From the NCBI GenBank assembly GCA_964188305.1, contig OZ076885.1: a stretch of 64,000 nucleotides of DNA. The stretch is one strand, 5' to 3'. The DNA is from Podarcis bocagei (taxonomy: Eukaryota). This document shows positions 23,609-36,500 of this stretch, one piece after another. The position numbers and the translations under genes are program-made. Every line of letters begins with the position of its first letter. The first letter of the stretch is position 1. The notes beneath the pieces were generated by a model, which saw only the letters and a list, made by a program, of their open reading frames with translations, was not told the origin of the DNA and ran no database searches.

Positions 23609-26600
23609 TTTTACAGTTATACCCAAATTAAAAGAGATGCCAACCCCAACCAAACACTTAACCAACCCCAACACAACAAAAACAAAACAGAGGAACCAAA
23701 ATTAAAACCATTTTAAACATGTTAAAACATTTTAGCCAGCAATGTCCCTCCAACCTCCCAAGAGCCTCTTTTGATTCTTCAGGTTGAGTATGTGGCCCAC
23801 CAGCAATTTGTATTAGCTTATCACATACATGTTTTTGAAAAGACATTCTAATTTTGATCATTCATTTAGAAAATGAGGGAGCTACCCCATATACTCAGGC
23901 TAAAACTCCTAGGCATACACTTTTACTTGGGTGTAAGACAATGAACCAACTAGGACTTAGGGTAAATCTAAGTAAATATGAGTAGAGTTAGCCACAGCAA
24001 GGGGCAAATAAAAATTCCCTTCTGGTTGTAGAATGGATTGTGTAAGCTTTCGCTTATATACCAGTTTAACTTGCCAATTTCATCTTCTATTTTAATCAAT
24101 GTTTTCTGGTTGTGGCATATTTTCTTATATAGGGTTGTGGTTGGGGCTTTATAAACCATTCTAGAAACACTGCTGGAGAGTAAGTGGTACATAGGTCTGA
24201 CAAACAGAAAAGTTATTAAAAACAGAAGAATGGCTGTCATTCCTCTCATGGTAGAAAACAAAGTGCTGCATTTAGGGAAAGCATGAAATGAGGAGAAAAT
24301 ATAATACCTTTATCAACACTTTTCTGACAGGGATCCTCAAAGCTGTCTTGAACATCAGCACAGCTGGCCATAGTTTTCCATGAGTTTCCAAACACTGAAG
24401 CAGAGTCTTCTACAATCCCACTGATGGTTTGAAAATCATCAGCCTGATCATTGTTGAAATTTCCACAAAGGCCTAGGTAGGTAAGGGAAGGTACAAGACA
24501 ACAATCCAGACAAAGTCTTTGAAACACCCTATCTAACAAAACAAATTCAGGACCCTGTTACAGAGCAGAAAGAGAGCCTTGTTTGTGGGCAAAGAAAGGA
24601 CAGACAAATGGGTGAAAACTAGATTTAGGCTCTGAAAGTCTAATGATACCTATTCATGAATGGGATGTAGATCAAAATGCATAAATGTAACAATATGTAA
24701 GGATCTTTATGAAAGCTAGGTTCCCATTATTTTAACTATAGTTAGAAGCAGGCCTCATACTGTACTAGACTATACTAGAGCTGATGTTGGTGGCATGATG
24801 AGTCAATCCCAGAATAAAGTAATCCTAACTGAGTGCACTTAATCAATCATTGTAAGACTGCATTTTACAATGCAACAGTAGGAACACAATAGCAAACTAA
24901 ACACAGCACACACACGTGTTCATTGGTGCTCTCTCTCTCTCTCTCTTGTTTCAGAGATCCTGTTGCCCCCAATCCTGCATCTACCTATCACTTGAGGGTG
25001 GTAGTAGCAATGTTGGAGATGGCAACTGCATCCCTTTCCTCCATAGTCTCATCAATGACGATTCAGATACATGGGCAAACAAGGAGAGGGGGGCATTGAC
25101 CAACCTACTTAACTCATTTCAGCAGCATCACACCTGACAGAGTCCATCAGAAGCAATGTGCTTGGGATGTTTTATCCCCAAAGACACTTTTGTTGGGATC
25201 GGGGGATGAAAAGCCAGCTGTCTCGGCCCCAGCTGGAGCGCCTCCTTTCTCAGCCTTGCCGCTGCGGAGATCCATCGACTATCCTCCCCGATGTGCGTCT
25301 GACTCAAGCTGCAGAGCAGGCTTGAGCACACATTACTCAGCAGTGTAAACTGCACAAGAGATGAGGTTTGAGGCGTGGACACGATACTAAACTACACATT
25401 TATTCTACATAAATCAAGACAAAGAAAACATGGCTTCTCTCCTTGCCGTCTTCTCAGAGAGACTAAAAACAGACCGGAAGTTCTGCTCACGCCAGCAATC
25501 TGTGTTGGAATGTAAACAGACATGGGACATGTAACAATCCACATATCTGCAGTAAAGGGTGGAATGGGATTCCCAATAACTTTGTCTCCCCAGTTCCTTG
25601 ATAACACTTGGCTTTCCAAGCTTCACATGCTCTCCAGAGAACAGGAGAACAGGACATGTCAGACAAAAGCATGGAAACTAAGGAAAATATCATTGGCAAG
25701 ATGTAGATTCTTGATATCAATTATTCCAAACATTCCAATATGAGACAAACATATCAAGATAGAACTAAATTTCTTTTGAATAAAAGATCGCTTTAAGTAG
25801 CCTTATCCAGAGGTGGGTGACCTGCTTGGCTTCCAGATGTTGTTGAACTCCAGCTCTCATCATCCCTAGTCAGCCAGAGCAAATGTCAGGGCTGATGAGA
25901 GTTGGGAAAAACTCCAGGTTCCCCATCCCTGCTCTAGACATTTGTGATGTCAGTTTATCCTTGAGAAAGTTTGCGAATATTTCATGAAATCAAAGCATCT
26001 CAAGGTACTTTTTACAATCTACTAAAAGACAGTAGGAGTTCATGCATGGGGAAATACTATACCAGAAGTATGGTTTTGATAAGTTTCGTCTACTGTTATG
26101 AAGATCTGCATAATGGGTTTCAGTTGTACTTGAATTTGTACCCTTGAAGAAGTCAGGATGTTGACATAGAATGTAGATGGTCTGAAGAGTGTGATGCCAT
26201 CTAATAAAAAAAAAACCCCAGAACTTGCCTTCAGCTAAAAACTATATCCAAGTAGAAGCAATCACCTTACAGGTACATAGCTTTCATTGGAAATTTAGAG
26301 TGAAACTGAATGCTGACCTTTAGTTATAGGCAATACCGCAATGGCATTATTGACATAGACATCTCCAGTGGAACAGACTCTTATACTCTGCAAAGAAAGG
26401 AAAAATAAATAAATGCATGAACACTGACAAAGCACTTAGGGAGCAATCCAAATCCAATATCTGTCAGAGGTGGAGTTTGAAACAGGTGAGTCTTTGGCTA
26501 AACTGATTCAGTCAAAGATATGTTGGTGTAAGTCTCCACCCCAGCTCATCTGGTGCTGAGTCGAGGCCAGGATAAGTTCCCAAAAAGGGGCATTCCAGGA

Positions 26601-29600
26601 AAGTTGCAAGGGCAGGATGGCACAAGGGGAAACTTAGCCCTATTCCAAACTTTATTCAGCTTGGTGATATGACCGACAAATTCAGTGGAAGTTTCCTGCA
26701 GAAAGGGTGGTGTACGTCAAACTTTATTTTAAAGGCTCATTTTCCTTCTTCTGAGCTCAGACCAACTCAGCCAGCAGTAGCCCCACTCATGAACAGAGTG
26801 TAGAATAGGGTAATTATCCCAGTATAATTTACTCCAGTGTCTTCCTTGAGTTCAGATTGTTCTGCATTTCTGACAGGTGGTGGCAGCACTTCTAGACATA
26901 CTGTAACTCTAGTAACTTACAAGGGCTCCTAAAGTGATTAAAGCATTCTTCAGACAAGTCATAGTCTTGGAAACTCCACATTGAACAATCTCTCCAATGA
27001 CCACAAAGGAACCATCTGTGTCCTGAAAATGAAGAGGGAAATACACCATTAATGCAGTGGATGTGGCCAGCAACCAGGGTGTATGTTCATCTGACACATT
27101 GCAAATCTCTTGTAGAGGAGATGGGCAGTGGATGCTGAACACTGTTTACATGGCCTCTTCCCCCCTGCCTAACATGGAGTCAGTGCTGTTATAATAACAG
27201 GGGGAAGTTTTGCATGCACCTACTTGCAAGACAGACAAACTGGAAAAAGCTAACATTTTCCCTGCATATTTTTTCAGATGTAGAACCTTCCAATGCTCTC
27301 AATTCAGACAGATTAGACACAGGTGTAACTTTCAGCATATATGTATTACATAATATTGAGTACTGCCTAAGTCCTGATGAATTTAGTGGGCCTTATTCAG
27401 CAGGTGGTGAAAACACTTAAGCCTTATTTCTCAAAATGATTTAGACAAGATTCCCCCCCACCATAGTTCCGGACTTGCTGTAAATCCATATTTCATGTGG
27501 CATGTGTGCTTGCTGTTTCCGTCATCAGTAGCAAAGCTGGATGACATATACATTGCATAGTGCATGCTGTGAACACATCTGGTTTGTTTGTTTAACCATG
27601 ATCCACAGACACATGGTCATTTAATCCACATGTGACACACACATGACATCAACACGTATTTTTGTTTTGCTGCAGGAAAAACATAGAGTAATTTCATTGA
27701 ACATATACATGACATGTTTGCCATGTAATGTACAGAGCTGTGCTTAAGCCCTTTCCCCCACAAAAGAAATGTGTCCTTGTCACTCAGGAGTTATGCACAA
27801 TCTATGTATTTTTCTCAAGTTTGTGATTCAGGTGCGGAGAAATCACATTTTCCTCAGACTCAAAGGAGAAGAAATGAGTCAGCTGCAACAGCAAATACAA
27901 TGCAGAATATGGCTGTATGAACGTGAAAGGCCCCAATTGGTTAGTGCTCATTTACAATTGCAAAGGGCTACATTTACAATACAGTTTATCAGTCTCATGG
28001 AACAAAGCATTTAATGAGAAGCTTAATTTCAGTATGTTATGCAACCTCAGTGCACTACTGTTGGTGTCTATTTGCTGCTCCTAGAAGGTCTCAAACAATT
28101 TTTAAAAATCCCCTACCTTAGCTAAGACATAGTTGCAGTTGCCATGGAAAACGAATTGCTTCTTATCAAATGTTGTTATGTGGAATCCACCTTCTATTTT
28201 ACAGTTTCCAGAACAAGGCAGTGATATGCAGGACCATTTTCCACTCATGCAAGTACTACAAGACCGAAAGAGTAGCTTAATCCTCAATAACAGTAGTACA
28301 GAAAACACATGTGACCAGCCCTGAACATTTTCCAGAATCAAGAAGTTGAAGCAGGGTATAAATTATGTAGTCAGCTTCTCAGCTCAACGCACTTTAAAGC
28401 ACAGCAGCTCTTTTCCTCTCCAATGCTGGCTGAAATAGCATGGAATATGGGCCAGGAGTGGAAAGCAGGGATTGCTGCTTGGTCAACCAGCGGTGTCCAA
28501 ACTTTTTTCAAAGAGGGCCAGATTTGATGAAGTGAAGGGCCATGAGGGCTGACCAAAGGGCCGACCAAGGTTGTTAACCTTTTTTTAGGGTTGAAGTTGT
28601 TGAGGTTTACTTAGGCTTTTACCCCAGGAAATAAACAGCCACAGGGGCTGGATTAGGCCCCCAAAACAGACTTTGGTCAAGAAGATGCTTTGCTGCCATG
28701 TAATTCTTTCTGCTCTCTCCACAATCAGCTGGAGTTGAGCTGAACTTTCTAAGATGACTTTTTTTACTGAGAACGTTTCTGGGGGTTTTCAGTTTTGCAC
28801 CCCAGTAAATGCAGGGGGGCATTTTAGATGCAATGGGCTTGGATTTGTTGCATTTCAAAGTTTTGGTTCTGAACTTCCAAAAGAGAATCTCCTCCAGACT
28901 TTGATTTTAGCATAAAATAACCAGTTATCTCAGTTCTCCCTCAAGCTGATACATCATTATTAGCAAGCTTTTAACAGTACCAGTTTTGGCAGGGGGTGGC
29001 GTAGGTGTCTCCAGCTGCATAGACTTTGCCTTGAAAGGTACAGGGGCAGCTGCCAATTGGGATGCATTTTTTGCCCTTGATGTCATCGAGAATGCTTCCT
29101 GTTCAAACACAGTGCTGAGTTATGCTTAGAAGGGGGAAAATAAATGCTACACATAATTTTATTATTGGTAGGAAATATGTGAAAGTTATTGCACTTGTTA
29201 GCAGACATCACTTAATAATATGATGAAAAACAAAACAAGCAATGTTATTGGTCCACACTCTGTAAAATGGGCATATTCAGTGACCTGTTTCATAGGAGTG
29301 TTGACAGGATGCACAAGGAAAGTTTGGAATACTACTTTGCTCAGTTAAAATGCCGTGCAAATTATGGATAATAGATCAGGTCAATTTTCTACCTTTAGGA
29401 CAAAAGCATCCATCCGTACATGGGGCTTTACATATTTTGCTCCTTTCTGGGTTGAAGCAGGTGTCAGTACAGGGGCTTCCACATTCTGCATATTCCAGGT
29501 TGTTTGGACATTTCAGGACTACAAACCCAAGCAAAGTAAAAATGTTATTGATAGTTTTCAAATTAATAATATGATTTTTAAAATAAATAGCATACTTCCA

Positions 29601-32600
29601 GTTCCAGTCATTCTTTCCATTCTTATGACGAACTTAGGTTAGATGTCATTTATTGAAAATGTTTTGCGGTTGTACCATTTCTACAAGATTCCAAAGCATA
29701 CCAAAGTCTTTCCCTGAGCCTTGAATCAACAGGCACAAACCACAGCCAATTTGTAATAAGCAGACCCCATTCACTTTAGTAAGGATAGTTAATTAGAGGT
29801 CCTGATATAAAGTGCAGAAACTCTGGTTCCAAAGTAGATAACAATTGGGGAAAGAACTAGGGCAGGATACTGGCAGAAGAGGAACTTGGGGAGTACGTGT
29901 TCCTTTCTGCTCCAAATGTTGGGGAGGATCAATGTATGTGCTGTAGGGAGAAACTGAATTCAGTTTGCATTAAAAGCTGAATTTTGCATATTTGCACTTT
30001 CCAAAACAACACGAAAACCAAAACACAGCCATTCTTTGAAATTCACAGTTGTCCAGTTTTGCAATGCAGCTCTCTAACCAAGCAAAAACTCATGAATTAG
30101 GGGAAAGCATGGATAAGAATGAATAAATTAGTGAAAGATAACATTAAATGCATATCATGAAAAAAATGCCAGCAAAAATGTGAACAGTAGTCAAAACTGC
30201 ATGCAAAAATGTGAAATCCGTACCCGAATGCTGTTGAATTTTCATCAGAATTGTTTTTTTAAAGGGAAACATGAAAATGTTTCAGAAAAGCAGAGAACTG
30301 AATTTAAGATTGGAAAAATAAAAAACCAAGAGAACAAAAATCAACAAAACCTTCCATCCCTATCTTCAGATCGGTATTATCTGCATGAGAGCCTATGAAT
30401 TAGTCACATTTTTGGACAGCAACACCAGACAGCTGCCATTTCAGGGTGGGAGTTGAAGTTAATGTTGCATTAAAAGGATGGCTGTATAAAGCTGAAAACC
30501 TATCCACCAAAGCGCCACTGAGTAAAGTAGGACTTACTTCTGAGTGCACTAAATATCTAGGTTGCCATTCTTGAATATTATGCCCAGTGACACCCCTACC
30601 AATCTCCCCAGGCAGCAGCAGTGTCACGCTCCCTGAGCCCCCTGGCCAGTCCTCTCTGTTGACCAGCTGCACTGTGTATGCCACAGGTCTTTTACACCCC
30701 TTCAACTAGCCTACTGCCGTCAGATGCACTAGAGGATACGATCCTGTTGCCTACGCTGAAGTTAGACTCAGCTCCTAGTCCAGTCCACTTCTGTACATGG
30801 CATGTGGGGTGCAGCAGAATCTGGTCCTTAGCCTCAGCTAACAGAATATCATAGGCTCACCCTGAATATGCTAGTCCTGCACTTTAGTTCCTGTGATAAT
30901 GAAAAATGCCTGAAGAGGAGAAAGGAGCCATTGTGACCTCATGCTGATGTTGCCTACTTCATGAAGAAAGACTAACCATTGTGACTTCATACTGCTGCTG
31001 CCTGCTTGGGAAAGAGAGACCAGTCATTAGGAACTCCTTCTGATAACCTATTTGTTGTTAAGCTGGCAGAGTTTGGACATTATTGAATTTAAGCTGTTCC
31101 TATTAGTATAATAAACCCATATCTGCTTGGGACAAGTCTATGTAAAGAATCACATTGCATAATATTCACCCACCTTACCACTTTGATTGCGAAACTTGCA
31201 CTTTTACAAATGCCACATAATCTTCGTTCTACACGAACCCATCTTTCAGTGTGGCAGCGGCTATACTCTGGAACTCCCTGCCCCTTGATATTAGACTGCC
31301 ACATTTGCTGCATTGTTTTCAGCACCTGATAAATCCTTTTTCTGTTTAGGCAAGTCTACTCAGACATGCAATTTTAACATGTTGTTTCAGTGTGTGTGCG
31401 CGTGTGTGCACGCTGTTAAATAAATTAAAGGTCAATCTTTCTTTACTCACAACAGAGTTCCTTGGATCGCCATTTTCCAGGGTCTCCACCTTTGCGGACA
31501 CAGTCCCGGGAGTACTGACTGAGAGTGCTGCATACACAACTGGCAACCAGGTCAGAAGCAGAAGATTTCTCAGAACAGCTGCACATATCTTGAATACAGA
31601 TGGCTATATAATCATCGATAGCAACCACCCTCTTACAATTCCCCAAGTGGGATAGGGCTTCCTTGCACTTAGATTTCTGTCAAAGAGAGAAAGTGGTGGG
31701 GAGAGAGGGGGAGATTGGAGATCTTACATGTATAGTAGCATCAGTACCATAAATTTACTGACTTCTGTGGCGTTGCTTTGATACTTAACATGTGAGGTTC
31801 TGGCTCCCTGGTCAAAGTATGTCTATCTGCTACTGAGAACACTGTCACCTCTGCTAACTTCATTGAAGGGGGAAGTTCCATGTATATAGCTTTATGCATG
31901 TGTGGAGCAGCAATTACATCCACTAAAGTGAATAGGGAAACATTTGCAGTGAGGAGCTGCTGCCCTTAGAGGGATCAAATGGAAAGCAAGGCAGGGTTCA
32001 CATACCATGAACAGTGCAACTTACGTATCTATTTTTGCATTTATCTTGCTGTTGAGAGTTGTCTTGCTGCTTTCTTTTGTCTCCCATTACATCGGAACAC
32101 TTCTCTGTTGGATCATCTACTTTCTGAAGGTTTCCAAACTGCCATGGGAATAGTGGATAGCCTGTAAAATCCCACCAGTAATAGGACTTTACTGTGCAGG
32201 GTCAATGTGTGGGTTTAGGATTACAGCCTTACTCTCAGTTTTGAGCCCAGCAATCACCCATCCATGATTTAAAGCATATAGTTTGTACCGTTATAGTTTA
32301 ATTTATTTTACAAATGAATAAATAAGCAAATAGTTGCATCTGTACTCACAGTGTGTACAATTGCTCTGCATAAAGAGAAAAAAGGAAGCAGGCATTTATC
32401 TTCCAGTCAGCCTGTACATAGAAGGTATTGCTTAGAATGCCAAGAGGAATACAGTGGTGCCTTGCAAGACGAAATTAATTCATTCCGCGAGTTTTTTCGT
32501 CTAGCGAATTTTTCGTCTTGCAAAGCACAGTGTCAGAAAAGTTTTGGAAAAGCTTCAAAAATCACAAAAAAACCTCAAAAAAGGCTACCACACCGCGTTC

Positions 32601-33518
32601 TATGAGTTGCTCCTCAAAGTCAAGTCGCAACTGTATTAACGGTGTTAAGAAAAAGGAAACAAACTTGCAAGACGTTTTCATTTTTCGTCTTGCGAAGCAA
32701 GCCCATAAGGAAATTTGTCTTGCGAAGCAGCTCAAAAACCGCAAAACCCTTTCGTCTAGCGAGTTTTTCGTCTTGCGAGGCATTCGTCTTGCGGGGCACC
32801 ACTGTACCTTATTACATGTGAAATAAGAGTTCTGAGTGACAAATTCACATCCTCCTTTGTTTAGTTCAGATATCAGCCCAGATTCACTCAATATTTTACC
32901 CTAGGCTACCTTACCAAGGACAGTGATTAGATTTTACCCCAAATGTATGTATGTATCTCAGCTATATATCTCACTGCTGAGGCCAGTCATGATCTCTGTT
33001 GTCTTGAGGGTAAAATGGGGAAATATTTCCACAAATCCAGCCACAATTCCTGAGATCTTTTGAAAACGGTTAGGATACAAATGTGATGGTTTCTAATAAT
33101 AATAATAATAATAGCCAATTATATATATTTAAAAAATCCTACCCTGCAGGAATAAATCATTTTTATCATTGCCGTCATAGTTTCCACACAAACCACATGT
33201 TTTCCCTTTGTAAGTATCTTCTAAATCCAGCTAAGAAAAAATAAGCAAAAAGACAAACATTTTAAACACACATATATACAGACACCTTCATAACTATAAT
33301 GCATAGTACGGTCTCAGCTTGAGCTGCCCTCCAGATAGAACTATATCTCCCATCAACCCCAGCCAGCATGGACAATGGTCAGGGGTGAAGGCAAATGTAG
33401 TCTACAACATCTGGAGGACACCATGACGGCTTCCCCGTTGGAAACTGAGCACAATTGCTGCAGTGGTATTCTCTTTCTGAACATGGAATTAAATACTCCT
33501 CTTATTTATTTTTAAACA

Positions 33519-33557
<39 letters not shown>

Positions 33558-36500
33558 GAAAGAAATGACTGTGCCACAATTAGGCCGTAATTAGTCAATT
33601 TTTAAGCACACAAGCTGGTGTTGGGTTGTGTGGCTTCCTATTCTAGTGATAAAGTCAGAGATACTAACTAAAACTTTGCCATCTTCCTGACATTCTCAAC
33701 AGTAGAACCAGAAAGGAGTTGTGCGATTGTCTCGCTCCAAACATAATTCCAGGGCTCACAAAATGATTATTTATATAAATAAATTAGCTTTATGTGTATC
33801 CCTTTTGTTCATAATTTCACTAGAAGATGGCAGTGTGCGAAGACTGTGGCTACTCAACACATTTTAGATGTATTAAAATTCACTAAAACAAATCCAACTA
33901 ACTGGAGCTTCATACTAGGAGAGTGTCACCCCAATTCCACTTGAGAGTCAGGCCTAGTTTGGAGGTAATTAGGAAATAAGGATAAGTATCTTCTACTAGG
34001 ACACTCTTCAGACTGAAGGGCAGAAGAATCCTAAAAGAAAGAAAAAGAAGAAAACTAAATAAAACAAATGTACAAGCATCCTAGTTGTCTCATGATTAAA
34101 GATATCCCCAACCCATTGAGCTTATTAATTAAGCTCAATGGGCATTTCTCAGCTTTGATCTCTCCCCTCTCAGACAACCCCTCAGACAACCAAAAGGACG
34201 GATGGGAATGATGGGAAGCAGAGGTTGGCTGTGCTCACATACTTCTGCTTTGGCCAGGTCCCGCCCGTGAGAGAGAGAGAGAGCGTGCTCACATCTTGTT
34301 GTTGTTGTTGTTGTTGCTGTCTTTTCGGTGAGAGACGGACCAATATGTCTCGATATGCACCATACCAATATGCCAATATGCCTCCATATGCACTCATATG
34401 TACCATACTGATGCTGCTTGGCTGAAGGACACAGAGTGGCACTTGTGACCTCATGCTGATGCTGCCTGCCGGGCTGCCTGCATGTCAGAGACCAGCCATT
34501 GTGAGCTCATGTTAATGATTGCTGCCTGAAGAAGCATGAGAGCTCCTGATGTTGGTCCTGAGTGTAGGAAATCACCCTAATCTGGGGCCACCACTGTATG
34601 ACATTTCTCAGCATTGGCTCTCTGATTTCAGACCCAAGAAAACACTGTTCCTAGTACACAAGAGCATTCATGAGAAAACAGAAGACTATCAACAGATGTT
34701 GAGACAACTCACGTCTTCCCATCTACTGTGATGCCTGATTCTTTGACCTCCAGAAGCACTCCATCTATAGTGGCCGTGAAATAGATGGCAGTCCCCGCCT
34801 TGATGCTTCTCATTATCTGGATACTGAAGTCCTGATGACTGTCTTTGCAGTGTGAAGCAAAAACATAACGGCAAGTTCCAGTGAAGTCAAATTTTGCACT
34901 GTCAAATGTCTGAAAGTGGAAATTACCCCAAGTAGAACATTCACTTGTGGTGACAGCAGGACGCTGAACTGCAGAGAAAATAAGGGTGGTGGCAATGATA
35001 AAATGCTCTGCAAACATTTATTTATATGGCCTGGCACCATAGTTACATATCTTTAGGTGTGAGAGGAAAACGTTCCTTTTTAATGATCTCTTTGGCTTTT
35101 AATTATCCATAGCCTCTGTGAGTAGGTGGGATGTTTTAATCTAGTTTAAAAACAAAAAAAACAGAGCTGTCTTTAGATTTTTCTGTGTTTTCTTTTATCC
35201 TGGTTTTAATGTATCTGGCTGCTTGCTTTTACTGTAAGTTGCTTAGTTATTTAGGTTAAAAATGACCAATAAGTTTAATTAATTAAACAGAGTCTGAACT
35301 TTTTGAGGGAGAGGGTGAAATGAACAACACAGATCTTCAACATGGGCAAACATGTATGTGTCCATCATGCTTTTGAACATCCCTCTTCCTGGCTGAGCTG
35401 GATCATTGGATTCACAGAGCAATCTTGCGGGGCTCTTGTAAGATCTTCTCAGAAGCTGCACGACCCTGGTAAGTGAGGCTTTAGCAGGGACATCAAGAGG
35501 GCATGGGTGGCATGCATGCAGGGCACCACCTTCCCATTTAGCCTCAGGCAGCAAAATGGGATGGGCTGCCCCTGGGTCAATAATAATTTGTTTTCAGTGG
35601 CACTTGGTTGCAGTTGGGTGATCCAGTCCTGTTGATTTCTATCAGACTTAAATGAGCCCAGCCTTCTCTCGATTAGACCCAAATTCTTCAGGATTAGGCT
35701 GCACAACACTGCCAATGGGTGTGCTCTGTGACATGCAAGAGGGGGTTCTATTTCAGTGAATTTTTCATATTTGAATAGACGGACTGCTTTTGGGTTACGG
35801 TCTTATTTGCCAACCTAGCAAGCAGCAGTGGGGGGTAGGGCACAGAGAGGACAGTGGACATGGCCTTGTAACATGTGACACTTGTAGGAAATACCAAGAA
35901 AGAAGGCTATCGCAGTTCACATCACTTGTTTCATGTTCAGTGAACTTTGCAGTATTATGAAATACCTTGGAATTTGGAGGGTTTTGTTAAAGATTTATTT
36001 TCTCCCCATAACACAGAATTCTAAGCTATGCTGAAGTGCCTGGGAGTCTTCATAGAAACAGGGGTCCCAGGAATTGTGACAGAAAAACGACAATGGCTCT
36101 GTGCTTTTTTAAGCACTTTGTGTAATATATGTAAAGAGTTTGTTGCCAACACTGAGTTTATAGATATATCAGCCCAACATTGACTTCTGATTTTAAGTCA
36201 GAATTAAATAAAGCTGACATAATGCTAACTATTTTTCATGAATATCTTAGTCTTCCTTTTTTCAACTGGCCATTCCATGTGATATAATTTTATGTAATTA
36301 ATAACAGTATATTTTGCTTATAATTTTGATACAGTCAAAAAGTCTGGGACTATTTGGTGAAAGGTGGTCTAAATCATTACTATCATCTCATCACTATAAT
36401 CTATTGATCTAGATCTTATATCCCACTTTTCAAGGACAAGGCCTTTGAAAAGCATCTCACAACCTAACAATATAAATCTGAAAAATACAACATCCAATAA

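Noticed and set aside
24960-25400. CpG-containing stretch with an imperfect hairpin, possible retrocopy or ncRNA
   Set aside because: No recognisable ORF, termini, TSD or RNA family; probably a decayed repeat.
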